Source of the DNA: Thermoanaerobaculia bacterium
GTDB taxonomy: Bacteria; Acidobacteriota; Thermoanaerobaculia; UBA5066
Length of the DNA: 64,000 bases
Direction: 5' to 3'
Assembly: GCA_963719225.1 (NCBI GenBank)
Contig: CAVRAY010000002.1
Location: forward strand, 576,001 to 640,000
Shown here: positions 8,604 through 17,631 of the stretch, piece after piece
How the letters are laid out: each line of letters starts with the position of its first letter
Position numbering within the stretch: the stretch's first letter is position 1
Translations under genes and position numbers: made by a program
Notes under the pieces: generated by a model
What the model saw: the letters and a program-made list of their open reading frames with translations, nothing else
What the model was told of the DNA's origin: nothing
Databases searched by the model: none

Positions 8604-9970
8604 GGTCGATCCTCCTTCACGTGGCGCGTTCCCGGCGGATCGACGTCGGCCGGGACAACGCGGTCCCGGCCGGCGCGCTTCGCGGCGTAGAGCGCCTCGT
8701 CCGCGCGTCCGAGGCAGGCCGAGAAGGTCTCCCCTGGGTCGCGGAACCTCGCGACGCCGATCGAGATCGTCGCGCGGACGGGCCCGCGGTCGCGGCCCTC
8801 GATCACGCGGGCGGCGAACTCGCTGCGCCAGGCCTCCGCGCGCTTCATGGCGCCCGGGATCTCGGCACGCGGCATGACGACGACGAACTCCTCGCCGCCG
8901 ATCCGGCACACGAGGTCCGACGTACGGACGCCCCCGAGGAGGACGTGGGCGAGCTGGAGGAGGACGCGATCGCCGACCGCGTGGCCGTGGGCGTCGTTCA
9001 CGCGTTTGAAATGGTCGACGTCGATGACGGCGACGACGAGCGACTCGCGAGCCCTGCGCGCCCGCGAGATGTCGCGCTTCATCGTCTCCTCGAGGTAGCG
9101 GCGGTTGTGGAGACCCGTGAGCGGGTCGCGCACGACCTGCTCACGGAGGCGGGCGTTCAGGTCCTCGATCTCGATCACGCGCGCCGCGAGCTCCTGATGC
9201 GCGCGCGCGAGCTCGTCCTGGACGCGCCGCTGCTCCGTGACATCCTGCTTGATCGCGATGAAGTGCGTGATCCCGCCGTTCTCGTCGAGGACGGGCGCGA
9301 TCGTCTGCTCTTCCTGGTACTCCATGCCGTCCTTGCGCCGGTTCACGATCGTGCCGGACCACGACTCGCCGTTCGTGATCGTCCGCCAGAGATCGGCGTA
9401 GAACCCCGGGTCGTGGCGGCCCGACTTCAGGATGCGCGTGTGCTGGCCCACGAGCTCGTCGAAGGAGTAGCCCGTGATGGCGCTCGCGGCGGGATTGACC
9501 CACGTGATCGTGCCCCCGCGGTCCGTGATGACGACGCCGTTCGCGGCGGAGCGCAGCGCGGTGGCCTGGACGCGGAACGTGTCGGGGCTTCGCGCGTGGC
9601 CGCGCTGGTCGCGAATCGCGCACGCGACGAATCGGCCCCGCGGGAGGGTGAATGGGCTCAGGGAGATGTCGACGGGGACGTCCCGCCCGTCGGCGTGGCG
9701 CGCGAAGAGCTGGAGCCCGCGCCCCATCGGACGCGCGGCCGGCCGGTCCGCGTAGGCCGCGCGCAGGCTCTCGTGCGCGTCGAAACGCGCGGGCACGAGC
9801 GTCTCCACGTTTCGGCCTCGGAGCGCGGCCGGGTCGTGGCCGAGAAGAGGGCCGCAGGCCGGGTTCGCGAGGACGATCGTGCCGGAGCCGTCGATGACGA
9901 GGATCGCGTCCGCGGAGGACTGGAAGAGCGCACGAAAGAAGGCGCCGTCGGCGAAGGCTTTGTCCGACAT
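8600..9970 (-). CDS. PAS-PAS-GGDEF diguanylate cyclase
   Basis: Two PAS/PAC domains, DPLTGLHNRR, RTSD I-site, GGEEF. Confidence 0.95.
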   Translation of the reverse strand: MSDKAFADGAFFRALFQSSADAILVIDGSGTIVLANPACGPLLGHDPAALRGRNVETLVPARFDAHESLRAAYADRPAARPMGRGLQLFARHADGRDVPVDISLSPFTLPRGRFVACAIRDQRGHARSPDTFRVQATALRSAANGVVITDRGGTITWVNPAASAITGYSFDELVGQHTRILKSGRHDPGFYADLWRTITNGESWSGTIVNRRKDGMEYQEEQTIAPVLDENGGITHFIAIKQDVTEQRRVQDELARAHQELAARVIEIEDLNARLREQVVRDPLTGLHNRRYLEETMKRDISRARRARESLVVAVIDVDHFKRVNDAHGHAVGDRVLLQLAHVLLGGVRTSDLVCRIGGEEFVVVMPRAEIPGAMKRAEAWRSEFAARVIEGRDRGPVRATISIGVARFRDPGETFSACLGRADEALYAAKRAGRDRVVPADVDPPGTRHVKEDRP

Positions 9971-10034
9971 GTGAGCGCATTCTAGCGTCGGAGCGGCCGG
10001 CGGAAGCCTCGCCGCCGCGCAGTCGGCGCGGCCG

Positions 10035-10610
10035 TCAGGGCCCGCAGCCCAGACCGGCCGCGGCAGCCTTCGCGGGCAGCGCGAGGTCGAACGTCGCGTC
10101 CCACGAATATTTCTGCTCGTCGCTCAGCTTCCCGCCCGTGATTCGGCCGGAGATCCTGCCGCCCGGGACGACGCGGCCCGCGAGCTTCCGGACGTTCAGG
10201 GTCTCCTTGTCCTTCGGAAGCTCGAAAACCCACTGCCGGCTCGCCATGACAGAGTCGGCTCGGTTGACGCCCGTCTCGACGCTCTTCACGGCCGCCGCGC
10301 TCGCCTCGGGCTTTCCGCCGCCGGGGCAGAACGCGAAGTGCATCATCGTGCGCGGCTTGCCCGCCTCGTCCTTGTCCGTCGCGTACGAGCTCACGTGGAA
10401 CGCGTCGAGCTCCTTCGGCGTGAACGGCGCGTCCGAGAAGGTCAGCGTGACGCTCGGGCCGTCCTCGAAGACGGCGGCGGCGCAGTGCGCCATCGTGACC
10501 GGCTTGCCCGCGAGCACCGCCTTCAGGCGGCACGTGTCGGCGGCCCGGAGCGAGGCGGTCGGGACGAGAAGGAGCGCCAGGGCGAGAAGATGGCCGAGCC
10601 GATGGAGCAT
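10035..10610 (-). CDS. Secreted hypothetical protein
   Basis: Signal peptide; four Cys; TAGTCT 7 nt upstream of ATG. Confidence 0.7.
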   Translation of the reverse strand: MLHRLGHLLALALLLVPTASLRAADTCRLKAVLAGKPVTMAHCAAAVFEDGPSVTLTFSDAPFTPKELDAFHVSSYATDKDEAGKPRTMMHFAFCPGGGKPEASAAAVKSVETGVNRADSVMASRQWVFELPKDKETLNVRKLAGRVVPGGRISGRITGGKLSDEQKYSWDATFDLALPAKAAAAGLGCGP

Positions 10611-10672
10611 GGCGCCGAGACTATCGCGGCGGCATCTCAGCGGGGAAGTCGGGCTAGACTGATTCTCAACTC

Positions 10673-11116
10673 TTGAAGCGCATCCTCCTTCTTGCGGCCG
10701 TCGGCGGGATCCTCATCGCGGCCCTCCAGCTCGTCGAGTACCAGCACTTCGTGCGCGCGTACCCGACGGAGGTCTACGGCGGCCTCGTCGCCGTGATCTT
10801 CACGGCCGTCGGGGCGTATCTCGGCCTCAAGTGGACGCGGGCGAAGGAAGTCGTCGTCGTGAAGGAGGTCCGGATCCGCGAGGGCGGCCCGTTCGTCCTG
10901 AACACCGCCGCGCTGCGCGAGGCCGGGCTGACGCCGCGCGAGCTCGAGATCCTCGGCCTCATCGCCTCGGGGCTGAGCAACCGGGAGATCGGCGAGAAGC
11001 TGTTCGTGTCGGAGAACACGGTGAAGACGCACTCGGCGCGCGTCTTCGAGAAGCTGGACGTCTCCAGGAGGACGCAGGCGGTCCAGGAAGGCCGGCGGCT
11101 CGGCCTGATCCCATGA
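10673..11116 (+). CDS. Membrane-anchored LuxR-family regulator
   Basis: Two N-terminal TM helices; LTPRELEIL..GLSNREI..VSENTVKTH HTH. Confidence 0.9.
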   Translation: MKRILLLAAVGGILIAALQLVEYQHFVRAYPTEVYGGLVAVIFTAVGAYLGLKWTRAKEVVVVKEVRIREGGPFVLNTAALREAGLTPRELEILGLIASGLSNREIGEKLFVSENTVKTHSARVFEKLDVSRRTQAVQEGRRLGLIP

Positions 11117-11224
11117 TTCCCGGGTCGACGAAAGGACGATTCTCACGGGTGCGAGCCGAAATCACCCGAAGGGATGACGACAAGGACGCCGGCGCGGCCT
11201 AGCTTGAGTTCGAAAGGACGGAAC

Positions 11225-11773
11225 ATGAAGAAGATCGTCTGGACGTTCGGCCTGATCTCGGGCGGGATCCTCGCGGCGTTCATGGCGGCCATGGCGCCGC
11301 TGTGCATGGACGGAAAGATGAGCGACTACGCGGAGGTCATCGGCTACACCGCCATGGTCCTGGCGTTTCTCCTCGTCTTTTTCGCCATCCGCTCCTATCG
11401 CGAGAACGTGGGCGGGGGCACGATCACGTTCGGCAAGGCGTTCCAGATCGGTCTTCTCGTGTGCCTGATCGCGAGCACGTGCTACGTGGCCACCTGGGAG
11501 ATCGTCTATCACGCCTTCCTGCCCGATTTCGCGGACCGGTACGCGGCGCAAACCCTCGAGAGAATGCGGGCCAAAGGCGCGACAGGGCAGGCGATCGAGA
11601 AGGCGACTCAGGAGATGGCGCGGTTCAAGGTGCTCTACGGGAATCCGTTCTTCAACGTCGGCATGACGTTCGTCGAGGTTCTTCCCGTCGGCCTCGTCAT
11701 GACGCTCCTGTCCGCCGCGATCCTGAGGCGGAAGACTCCGCCGGCCGTCATTTCCGCGGCGGCGGCCGGCTGA
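11225..11773 (+). CDS. DUF4199-like membrane protein
   Basis: AAAGGA RBS; 4 TM segments, GGTITFGKAF..G motif, PDFADRY loop. Confidence 0.8.
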   Translation: MKKIVWTFGLISGGILAAFMAAMAPLCMDGKMSDYAEVIGYTAMVLAFLLVFFAIRSYRENVGGGTITFGKAFQIGLLVCLIASTCYVATWEIVYHAFLPDFADRYAAQTLERMRAKGATGQAIEKATQEMARFKVLYGNPFFNVGMTFVEVLPVGLVMTLLSAAILRRKTPPAVISAAAAG

Positions 11774-13493
11774 CGCCGCTCGAGATCACGAACATCCGTC
11801 CGGAGCGGTAGCCGTGGACGCCGCTCCAGGCGGACGTCACGAGGAGATCGAGCGTGCCGTCGCGGTCCACGTCGCCGAGGCCGACGGCGTCGAATCCGAA
11901 CGTGTCGCCGGGGATCCGGCACGTGTACGTCTTCAGGAGCGATCCGTCCTTGCCCGAGTAGAGGTACGCCCGGCCGCCCGACGCGGCGGCTCCGGCGTAC
12001 TGCCAGGCGCCCACGACGAGGTCCTCGTGTCCGTCGCCGTCCACGTCGCCGGCGCCCGCGGGGCCGATGCCGAACCCCTCGCCGGCCGTCTCGCCCGTGA
12101 GCGTGAGGAGGTGCCGGCCGTCCTTGCCCGAGTGGACGTAGACACGGCCCGTGCTCGGGCCCTTCGCGGCGTTCGTGAAGTCGGAGGTGTAGACGTCGGG
12201 CACGCCGTCGCCGTCCACGTCTCCCGGAACGGAGATGAACATGGCGCCGAGCGCGCGGCCGGTCTCGTCCGAGTCGACGACGAACTTCGGCTTCGGGGAC
12301 AGGCGGTCGTAGACGTAGACGCGGCCGGTCTTGCGCGGTCCGGCGCCGGGCGCGCCGACCATGAGGAAGAACCGCTTCCCGTCCGACCAGCCCGCGACCG
12401 TGCTCCCGAACGCGTCGCCGGCGCGCTCGCCGGTCAGCGTGAGGAGGAGATGCCCGTCCTTGCCGGAGTAGACGTACGCGCGGCCCGCTCCGGCCCCGCC
12501 GGCGCCGTTGGCGGGGGCGCCGATGATGACGTCCGCGCGGCCGTCGTGATCGACGTCGCCGGCCGTCGCGACATGCTGGCCGAACGCGTCCGCCTTCTTC
12601 TCGGCCGTGAACGTGAAGAGCACGTGGCCGTCCTTGCCCGAGAGGACGAGCGCCTTCCCGCCGAACGGCGCGCCGGCCACGACGTCCTTCACGCCGTCGC
12701 CGTCGACGTCGCCCGCGCACTCGACGCCCGTGCCGAGCTGGTCGCCGGGCTGGCCGTCGAACTTCCAGAGGAGCTTGCCCGTCTTCGTCGAGTAGACGTA
12801 CACGCGGCCCGCGTTCGCGCCGCCGACGGTCTTCGTCGGCGCGGACGTCACGACGTCGTGAACGACGTCGCCGTCGACGTCGCCCATGTCGCGCGCGATC
12901 CAGCCGAACTGGTCGCCCGCGGCCTCTCCGTCCCACTCGCGGACGACCTTCACGTTTTCGACGAACGGGTGCTCGAAGTCCTCCGGCTTCGGAAGCAGCG
13001 CCTTGTAGCGCGGGTCGCTCTTCAGAGCCGCGAGGTCCGGGTCCGTCTCCATGATGCCCATGTCGAGGCCCTTCGTGGCCTTCGCCTTCGCGAGCCACTC
13101 GAAAGCGTGGTCCGCGTCCTTGCGCAGCGCGAAGACGGTGCCGAGGTTGTACAGGAGAACGGGAGCGTCGGGCTTGAGCGCGAGTCCGCGCTCGTACGCG
13201 GCCTGGGCCCGGTCGAGGTCGTTCGCCTTCTGGTACGCGGTCCCGAGAAAACGCCACGCGAGGACGTTCTTCGGGCTCGCGGCCGTGACGGCTTCGAGGA
13301 TCTTCACCGCGTCGGCGAAGCTGCCGGCTTGCAGGGCCGCGATGCCGGCGCCGAGGGTCGGGGCTGTCGCCGCGGGTGAAGGCGCGGGTGCCGCGGGCGA
13401 AGGCATGGGCGCGGCGGCGGGTTGCTGCGCCACCGAGGGACCCGCGGCGAAAGGGAGGAGGAGGAGCAGAAGCGGGAGGGGACGCGGCGCCAC
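11748..13493 (-). CDS. Secreted TPR plus FG-GAP/integrin-alpha beta-propeller protein
   Basis: Signal peptide, TPR, repeated FG....GDVDGDG..D..VGAP..GRVYVYSGKDG; start inferred. Confidence 0.88.
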   Translation of the reverse strand: MAPRPLPLLLLLLPFAAGPSVAQQPAAAPMPSPAAPAPSPAATAPTLGAGIAALQAGSFADAVKILEAVTAASPKNVLAWRFLGTAYQKANDLDRAQAAYERGLALKPDAPVLLYNLGTVFALRKDADHAFEWLAKAKATKGLDMGIMETDPDLAALKSDPRYKALLPKPEDFEHPFVENVKVVREWDGEAAGDQFGWIARDMGDVDGDVVHDVVTSAPTKTVGGANAGRVYVYSTKTGKLLWKFDGQPGDQLGTGVECAGDVDGDGVKDVVAGAPFGGKALVLSGKDGHVLFTFTAEKKADAFGQHVATAGDVDHDGRADVIIGAPANGAGGAGAGRAYVYSGKDGHLLLTLTGERAGDAFGSTVAGWSDGKRFFLMVGAPGAGPRKTGRVYVYDRLSPKPKFVVDSDETGRALGAMFISVPGDVDGDGVPDVYTSDFTNAAKGPSTGRVYVHSGKDGRHLLTLTGETAGEGFGIGPAGAGDVDGDGHEDLVVGAWQYAGAAASGGRAYLYSGKDGSLLKTYTCRIPGDTFGFDAVGLGDVDRDGTLDLLVTSAWSGVHGYRSGRMFVISSGVSRPPPRK

Positions 13494-13649
13494 GGTGTGG
13501 GGGACGAGACCCGCCGTTCGCGGGACGAAATCGCCCGGCAGTGGGATCACGGCGCCTCCGGCTCCGAACCGTTTCACGGGGCCTCCTGTCTCGGTGTCGG
13601 GAGGTACGCGGATTTCTGCGAATGAGTTTCCGGCGCGGGGGAAGGCTCC

Positions 13650-14202
13650 TACCTCGTCGTCTCGCATTTTCACATCGACCACGTCGGCGGCCTCGCGAAG
13701 CTCGTCGAGGGCATTCCGATCCGCAGGCTGATCGACCGCGGCTTTCCGGACTATGGCGCGCCGGCGGCGCCGAAGAGCGCGATCTTCGACGCCTACCGTC
13801 GGGCCGCCGAGGAGGCCGCCGGGAAAGGCGCCGTCCGTGAGCGCGCGCGCGTCGGCCGCGCCGACCAGATCGTGCCGGTGCACGCTCCAGGCGGCGTCCC
13901 GGGCCTCCAGGTCCGCGTCGTCGCCGCGAACGGCGAGGCCTGGACCGGAACGGGCGACGCGACGGCTTCGCGCTTTCCGCCGCTCGACGGCGTACCCGAG
14001 GAGGACCGGCCGGCCGAGAACCCGTGCAGCGTCGCGCTGCGCATCCGGTACGGAGGGTTCTCTCTCTACACGGGCGGGGACCTCTACGGGATGCGTCGCG
14101 CCCGGAGGCGCCTCGTATCGCGTCTTCGTCCTCGACGACACGAGCGAGAGCGGCGCCGTGACGTCCGTCCACGGGCCGTACGCGTCCTCCGGCGCGCGCT
14201 AG
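13650..14202 (+). pseudogene. Remnant of an MBL-fold (ComEC-like) hydrolase
   Basis: YLVVSHFHIDHVGG ... ENPCSVALRIRYGGFSLYTGGDL with no start codon (in-frame TGA at 13623); C-terminal piece (YRVFVLDD..VHGPY) is in another frame. Confidence 0.7.
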
Positions 14203-14298
14203 GAGCGTCTCCGGGAGCCACTGCGGTCTCCGCGAGTCGCGCGTGGCGCCGTTCTTGCGGTGTCGGTCCCGCGGGCCGATGCCGCCGGGGAGGACCCG

Positions 14299-14994
14299 AT
14301 GTGGGCGAGAAAGGTTACAAACGACCCCCTCCGTTTCGACGACGTGCTCGCGATCCGGTCCGGCGGCGTCGGGCTCGTGGCCGAACTTGCAATCCCGGAC
14401 GAGGCCGACGGGATCGTCGTCTTCTGCCACGGGCCGCGGAACAAGCGGCACGGGGCCGCGAATCTTACCGCCGCGAGGCTCATGAAGGAGGGCGGGATCG
14501 GGGCGGCCGTCTGCAACCTCCTCACGGGCGCCGAGGAGGCGATCGACGAGCGCCTGCCCGGGCCGCGCTTCGACGTCCCGCGGCTCGCGGGCCGGCTCGC
14601 GGACCTCACGGACGCGCTCGGGAGCAACCCGCGCACGGCGCACCTGCCCGTCGCGTACTTCGGCGCGTCCACCGCGGCGGCGGCCGCTCTCGTCGCCGCG
14701 GCGTCGCGGCCGCTCGCCGTGCGCGCGGTCGTCTCCCTCGGTGGGCTGCCGGAGCTCGCGGGCGACGCGCTGCGTCGCCTCGAGGCGCCGACCCTCCTCC
14801 TCGTGGGCGAGAGGGACTGGAAGGTCATGGACCGGAACGCCGTCGCGCTCGCGGACATGTCGGTCGAGAAGTCGCTCCTCGTCGTCGCCGGCGCGACGCA
14901 CCTCTTCGCCGAGCCGGGCCCGCTCGCGGAAGCCGCGGGCCTCGCGCGCGACTGGTTCCGGCATTACCTGCGCATCGAGCCGACGGCCGCGTGA
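14299..14994 (+). CDS. Dienelactone-hydrolase-like alpha/beta hydrolase
   Basis: FCHG, YFGASTAAAAAL, PTLLLVGERD, GATHLF; GGAGG RBS. Confidence 0.85.
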   Translation: MWARKVTNDPLRFDDVLAIRSGGVGLVAELAIPDEADGIVVFCHGPRNKRHGAANLTAARLMKEGGIGAAVCNLLTGAEEAIDERLPGPRFDVPRLAGRLADLTDALGSNPRTAHLPVAYFGASTAAAAALVAAASRPLAVRAVVSLGGLPELAGDALRRLEAPTLLLVGERDWKVMDRNAVALADMSVEKSLLVVAGATHLFAEPGPLAEAAGLARDWFRHYLRIEPTAA

Positions 14995-15012
14995 CGGTTT
15001 CGCGCGGCCGCG

Positions 15013-15213
15013 CTACCAGCCGCGGACGATGAGGATCGGCCCGGCCGCGAGCGACGCCGTTGCGGCCGCGAGGAGCAGACGCCGCCTCGCCGTGACGAGG
15101 CCGTCCGGCGCGTTCCGGGCGGCCTGCACGAGCGCCGCTCCGAGGCCGAGGCACCCGGCGCCGCAGGCGAGGAAAACCATGTCCGGCTGGAGAAGCGAGT
15201 CGAGGATGTCCAT
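15013..15213 (-). CDS. Small two-TM membrane protein
   Basis: GGAGG RBS, 66 aa, two hydrophobic stretches. Confidence 0.55.
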   Translation of the reverse strand: MDILDSLLQPDMVFLACGAGCLGLGAALVQAARNAPDGLVTARRRLLLAAATASLAAGPILIVRGW

Positions 15214-15271
15214 GCGGGCCTCCTGCGCGCTCTGACCCTTCGGATTGGAATTGGGTTCCCCGAAGGCGCCC

Positions 15272-16270
15272 TCAACGCGCCGGAACGCCACAGATGTTCG
15301 CGGCGGCGTTCGCGACGCCGGTGACGACTTGCGCCATTCGTGTGAGGTCCAGTGACTCGAGGGTGTCGGTCGGCGCGTGGTAGTTCGGGTTCCGGAGAAA
15401 CGCCGTATCGGTGACCATCACGGCGCTGGTGCCGACGGCCCAGTAGCTGCTGTGGTCCGAGGCCTCGATCCCGGCGATGACGGGCCCGCTGTAGCTGTAC
15501 GCGGGCACGGTCGAGGACCCCGAGATGCCGCGTCGCACGTCGCGTGCGAGGGCGCGATCTGCCCAACGACCGACGACGGCGATGAAATCACCGTGCGTGG
15601 GATACGCAAGCGTGAACAGCCGGCTCGGCCACGGCTGCGTCGCGGCGTAGAAGCCGATCATCTCGAGCGACACCATGCCGATCGGCGCGAGCCCGGCCTT
15701 CGTGATCGAGGAGGCGTGCACGGCACTGCCCATGTCCTCGGAGTGGTAGAAAGGCGGCTCCTCCGTCGAGTACGCGACAAGAACCAGCGGCCGCGTCAGC
15801 GGCTGACCGCCGAGAAGCCGAGCGACCTCGAGGAGCGCCGCGACCCCGCTCGCATTGTCGTCCGCGCCAGGATTCGCGTTCGTGTCGCCAAACGCGTCGT
15901 AGTGAGCGCCGATGACGAGAGCCCCGCGACCCTCCGGACCCAAACGCGCAAGGAGGTTTCGAAAAGGCTGTCCTCGGGCGAAGTACGCCTGGTCCGACAC
16001 GACCGCGCCGGCCTTCGAGAACTCGCTCCGAATGTGGACCGCGGCGGCTTCCAGGTTCCCGGGATGCCGGAAATCGCGCGGAGATGCCTCCTGCGTCAGG
16101 AATGCGATGTCGCTCCGGAGGCGAGATTCGTCCGCGCGTTTCTCGAGAACGCGCGGGGCAGCCGTGAATGCCGGTTGCCTCACCACGAGAACCCCGGTGA
16201 ACGTGAATCCGAGGAGCGCGGCCGCAGAGGTCGCCCCGATCCGCACGGCGGACCTCGTGACTCCTGCCAT
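15272..16270 (-). CDS. M28 family peptidase
   Basis: GAHYD, GADDNASG, STEEPP, SLEMIG, SDH, NPNYH; TACCAT 6 nt upstream of ATG 16270. Confidence 0.92.
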   Translation of the reverse strand: MAGVTRSAVRIGATSAAALLGFTFTGVLVVRQPAFTAAPRVLEKRADESRLRSDIAFLTQEASPRDFRHPGNLEAAAVHIRSEFSKAGAVVSDQAYFARGQPFRNLLARLGPEGRGALVIGAHYDAFGDTNANPGADDNASGVAALLEVARLLGGQPLTRPLVLVAYSTEEPPFYHSEDMGSAVHASSITKAGLAPIGMVSLEMIGFYAATQPWPSRLFTLAYPTHGDFIAVVGRWADRALARDVRRGISGSSTVPAYSYSGPVIAGIEASDHSSYWAVGTSAVMVTDTAFLRNPNYHAPTDTLESLDLTRMAQVVTGVANAAANICGVPAR

Positions 16271-16410
16271 CTGAGGATGGTACGGAAGCGTGGCCTCCTC
16301 CGTCATCCCCGGAGGCACCTCGAAACAGTGCGTTTATGCGGTCACGGCGCTGCCTAAGCTGCTCCAGCGTCTCGGTTAAGAGGCGACCGCGTCTCAATGT
16401 CAGAAAGGCG

Positions 16411-16440
16411 TTGACAGGATTCCGCGGCGGCCCCTACGCT
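16411..16440 (+). promoter_or_regulatory. Sigma70-type promoter of the six-gene operon
   Basis: TTGACA-N18-TACGCT; AAGGAG RBS before 16481. Confidence 0.6.
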
Positions 16441-16480
16441 ACCCGCAACAAGCAGTGGACTCATCGAAGAAGGAGACGTC

Positions 16481-16816
16481 ATGGCCGACGCCGAACACGT
16501 GAGCTCCGAGATCGAGACCAGCGAAATCGAAGACGCGAGCCGCCGCGGGTTCATCCGCGCCGCCGTCACCGCGGGAGTCGCGGGCGTCGCCGGCCTCGCG
16601 ATCGGGGACGCCGTCGCGAGCGACGTGAAGCTCAATCCGGCCGCGCAGAGCGCCTTGAAGATCTCGCCGCCGCCCTCGACACCGGAAGAGCACGCGAAGG
16701 ATCAGAAGCGCCTGCAGGCCGAGGCGCTGATCAAGCAGCTCGGCGGCGACGTGCAGATCCAGTGGGTCAAGGGCAACGTCCCGAAGATCCGGCGCGTCAT
16801 CCAGATGGAAGGCTGA
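16481..16816 (+). CDS. Small Tat-signal protein (candidate precursor peptide)
   Basis: SRRGFI twin-arginine motif, h-region, AVA cleavage site; 65-aa mature part ending QWVKGNVPKIRRVIQMEG. Confidence 0.8.
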   Translation: MADAEHVSSEIETSEIEDASRRGFIRAAVTAGVAGVAGLAIGDAVASDVKLNPAAQSALKISPPPSTPEEHAKDQKRLQAEALIKQLGGDVQIQWVKGNVPKIRRVIQMEG

Positions 16817-17631
16817 GCGCCGCCCAGGACGCAGGCCCGGTCCCGGGGTCGGAGGGCGCGTGGACTCGAACGATCCGCGTTCCAGCCGGCACCCTGTCGA
16901 TGGGATCGACCCTCGAAGAGGTGGGGGAGTGCGTCCGGTACTGGAGCAGCCGCCTCGTGGACCCGTCGTACGAGGGGCCCTTCCGCGCCTGGATCATGAA
17001 GGAGGTTCCGCGGCATGACGTGGCGATCGCGGAGCTGGTGGCGTCGGAGTACCCGGTGACGAACGCCGAGTACCGGCTCTTCACCCTCGCGACGGGCCGC
17101 GTTCTGCCGGAGTCGCTCGCGGAAGGCCGGCCGGATTCGCATCCCGTGTGGGGCGTCGGCCTGGAAGGCGCCGAGGCGTACGCACGCTGGCGCGCCGCTC
17201 GCGACGGCGTGCCCTGGCGCCTTCCGACGGAAGCCGAATGGGAGTGGATGGCCGCGGGGCCCGAGCGCCGGCGCTACCCGTTCGGAAACGCGTTCGACCC
17301 AGCGCGCTGCAATACGGTCGAGCGCGGGATCGGCGCGACGAACCCGGTCGACGCGCACCCGGAGGGAGCTTCGTGGTGCGGCGCCCGGGAGCTCGCGGGC
17401 AACGTCGAGGAATGGACGAGCAGCCGGTATGCGCCGTATCCCGGCGGGGAGTTCGTCGAGGACGAGCTCACACGCCTCGCGGGCGCCGACTACCCGATCG
17501 TGCGCGGCGGCTGCTTTGCCCTCGGGGGCGACCTCGCGCGCTCGTCCCGCCGCCACGGCCCGCACCCGGGCGCCCGCTTCCGCTACATCGGGTTCCGACT
17601 CGTCGCGGACGCTCGCGGGGCGCCGGCGTGA
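16813..17631 (+). CDS. FGE-sulfatase/SUMF1-fold (EgtB/PvdO-like) protein
   Basis: VPAGTLSMGS, PVTNAEY, WRLPTEAEWE, ELAGNVEEWT, RGG, YIGFR; start is either CTG 16813 or ATG 16900. Confidence 0.9.
   Translation: MSAAQDAGPVPGSEGAWTRTIRVPAGTLSMGSTLEEVGECVRYWSSRLVDPSYEGPFRAWIMKEVPRHDVAIAELVASEYPVTNAEYRLFTLATGRVLPESLAEGRPDSHPVWGVGLEGAEAYARWRAARDGVPWRLPTEAEWEWMAAGPERRRYPFGNAFDPARCNTVERGIGATNPVDAHPEGASWCGARELAGNVEEWTSSRYAPYPGGEFVEDELTRLAGADYPIVRGGCFALGGDLARSSRRHGPHPGARFRYIGFRLVADARGAPA

Noticed and set aside
11635-14964. Very long Arg/Ala/Pro-rich alternative ORFs (also 34429..36543, 44672..47176, 17429..19309 and others)
   Set aside because: Shadow frames of real genes in high-GC DNA; no recognisable motifs.
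16813-17631. DGR target or true formylglycine-generating enzyme
   Set aside because: No reverse transcriptase or template repeat in the window; no FGE cysteine pair and no sulfatase.
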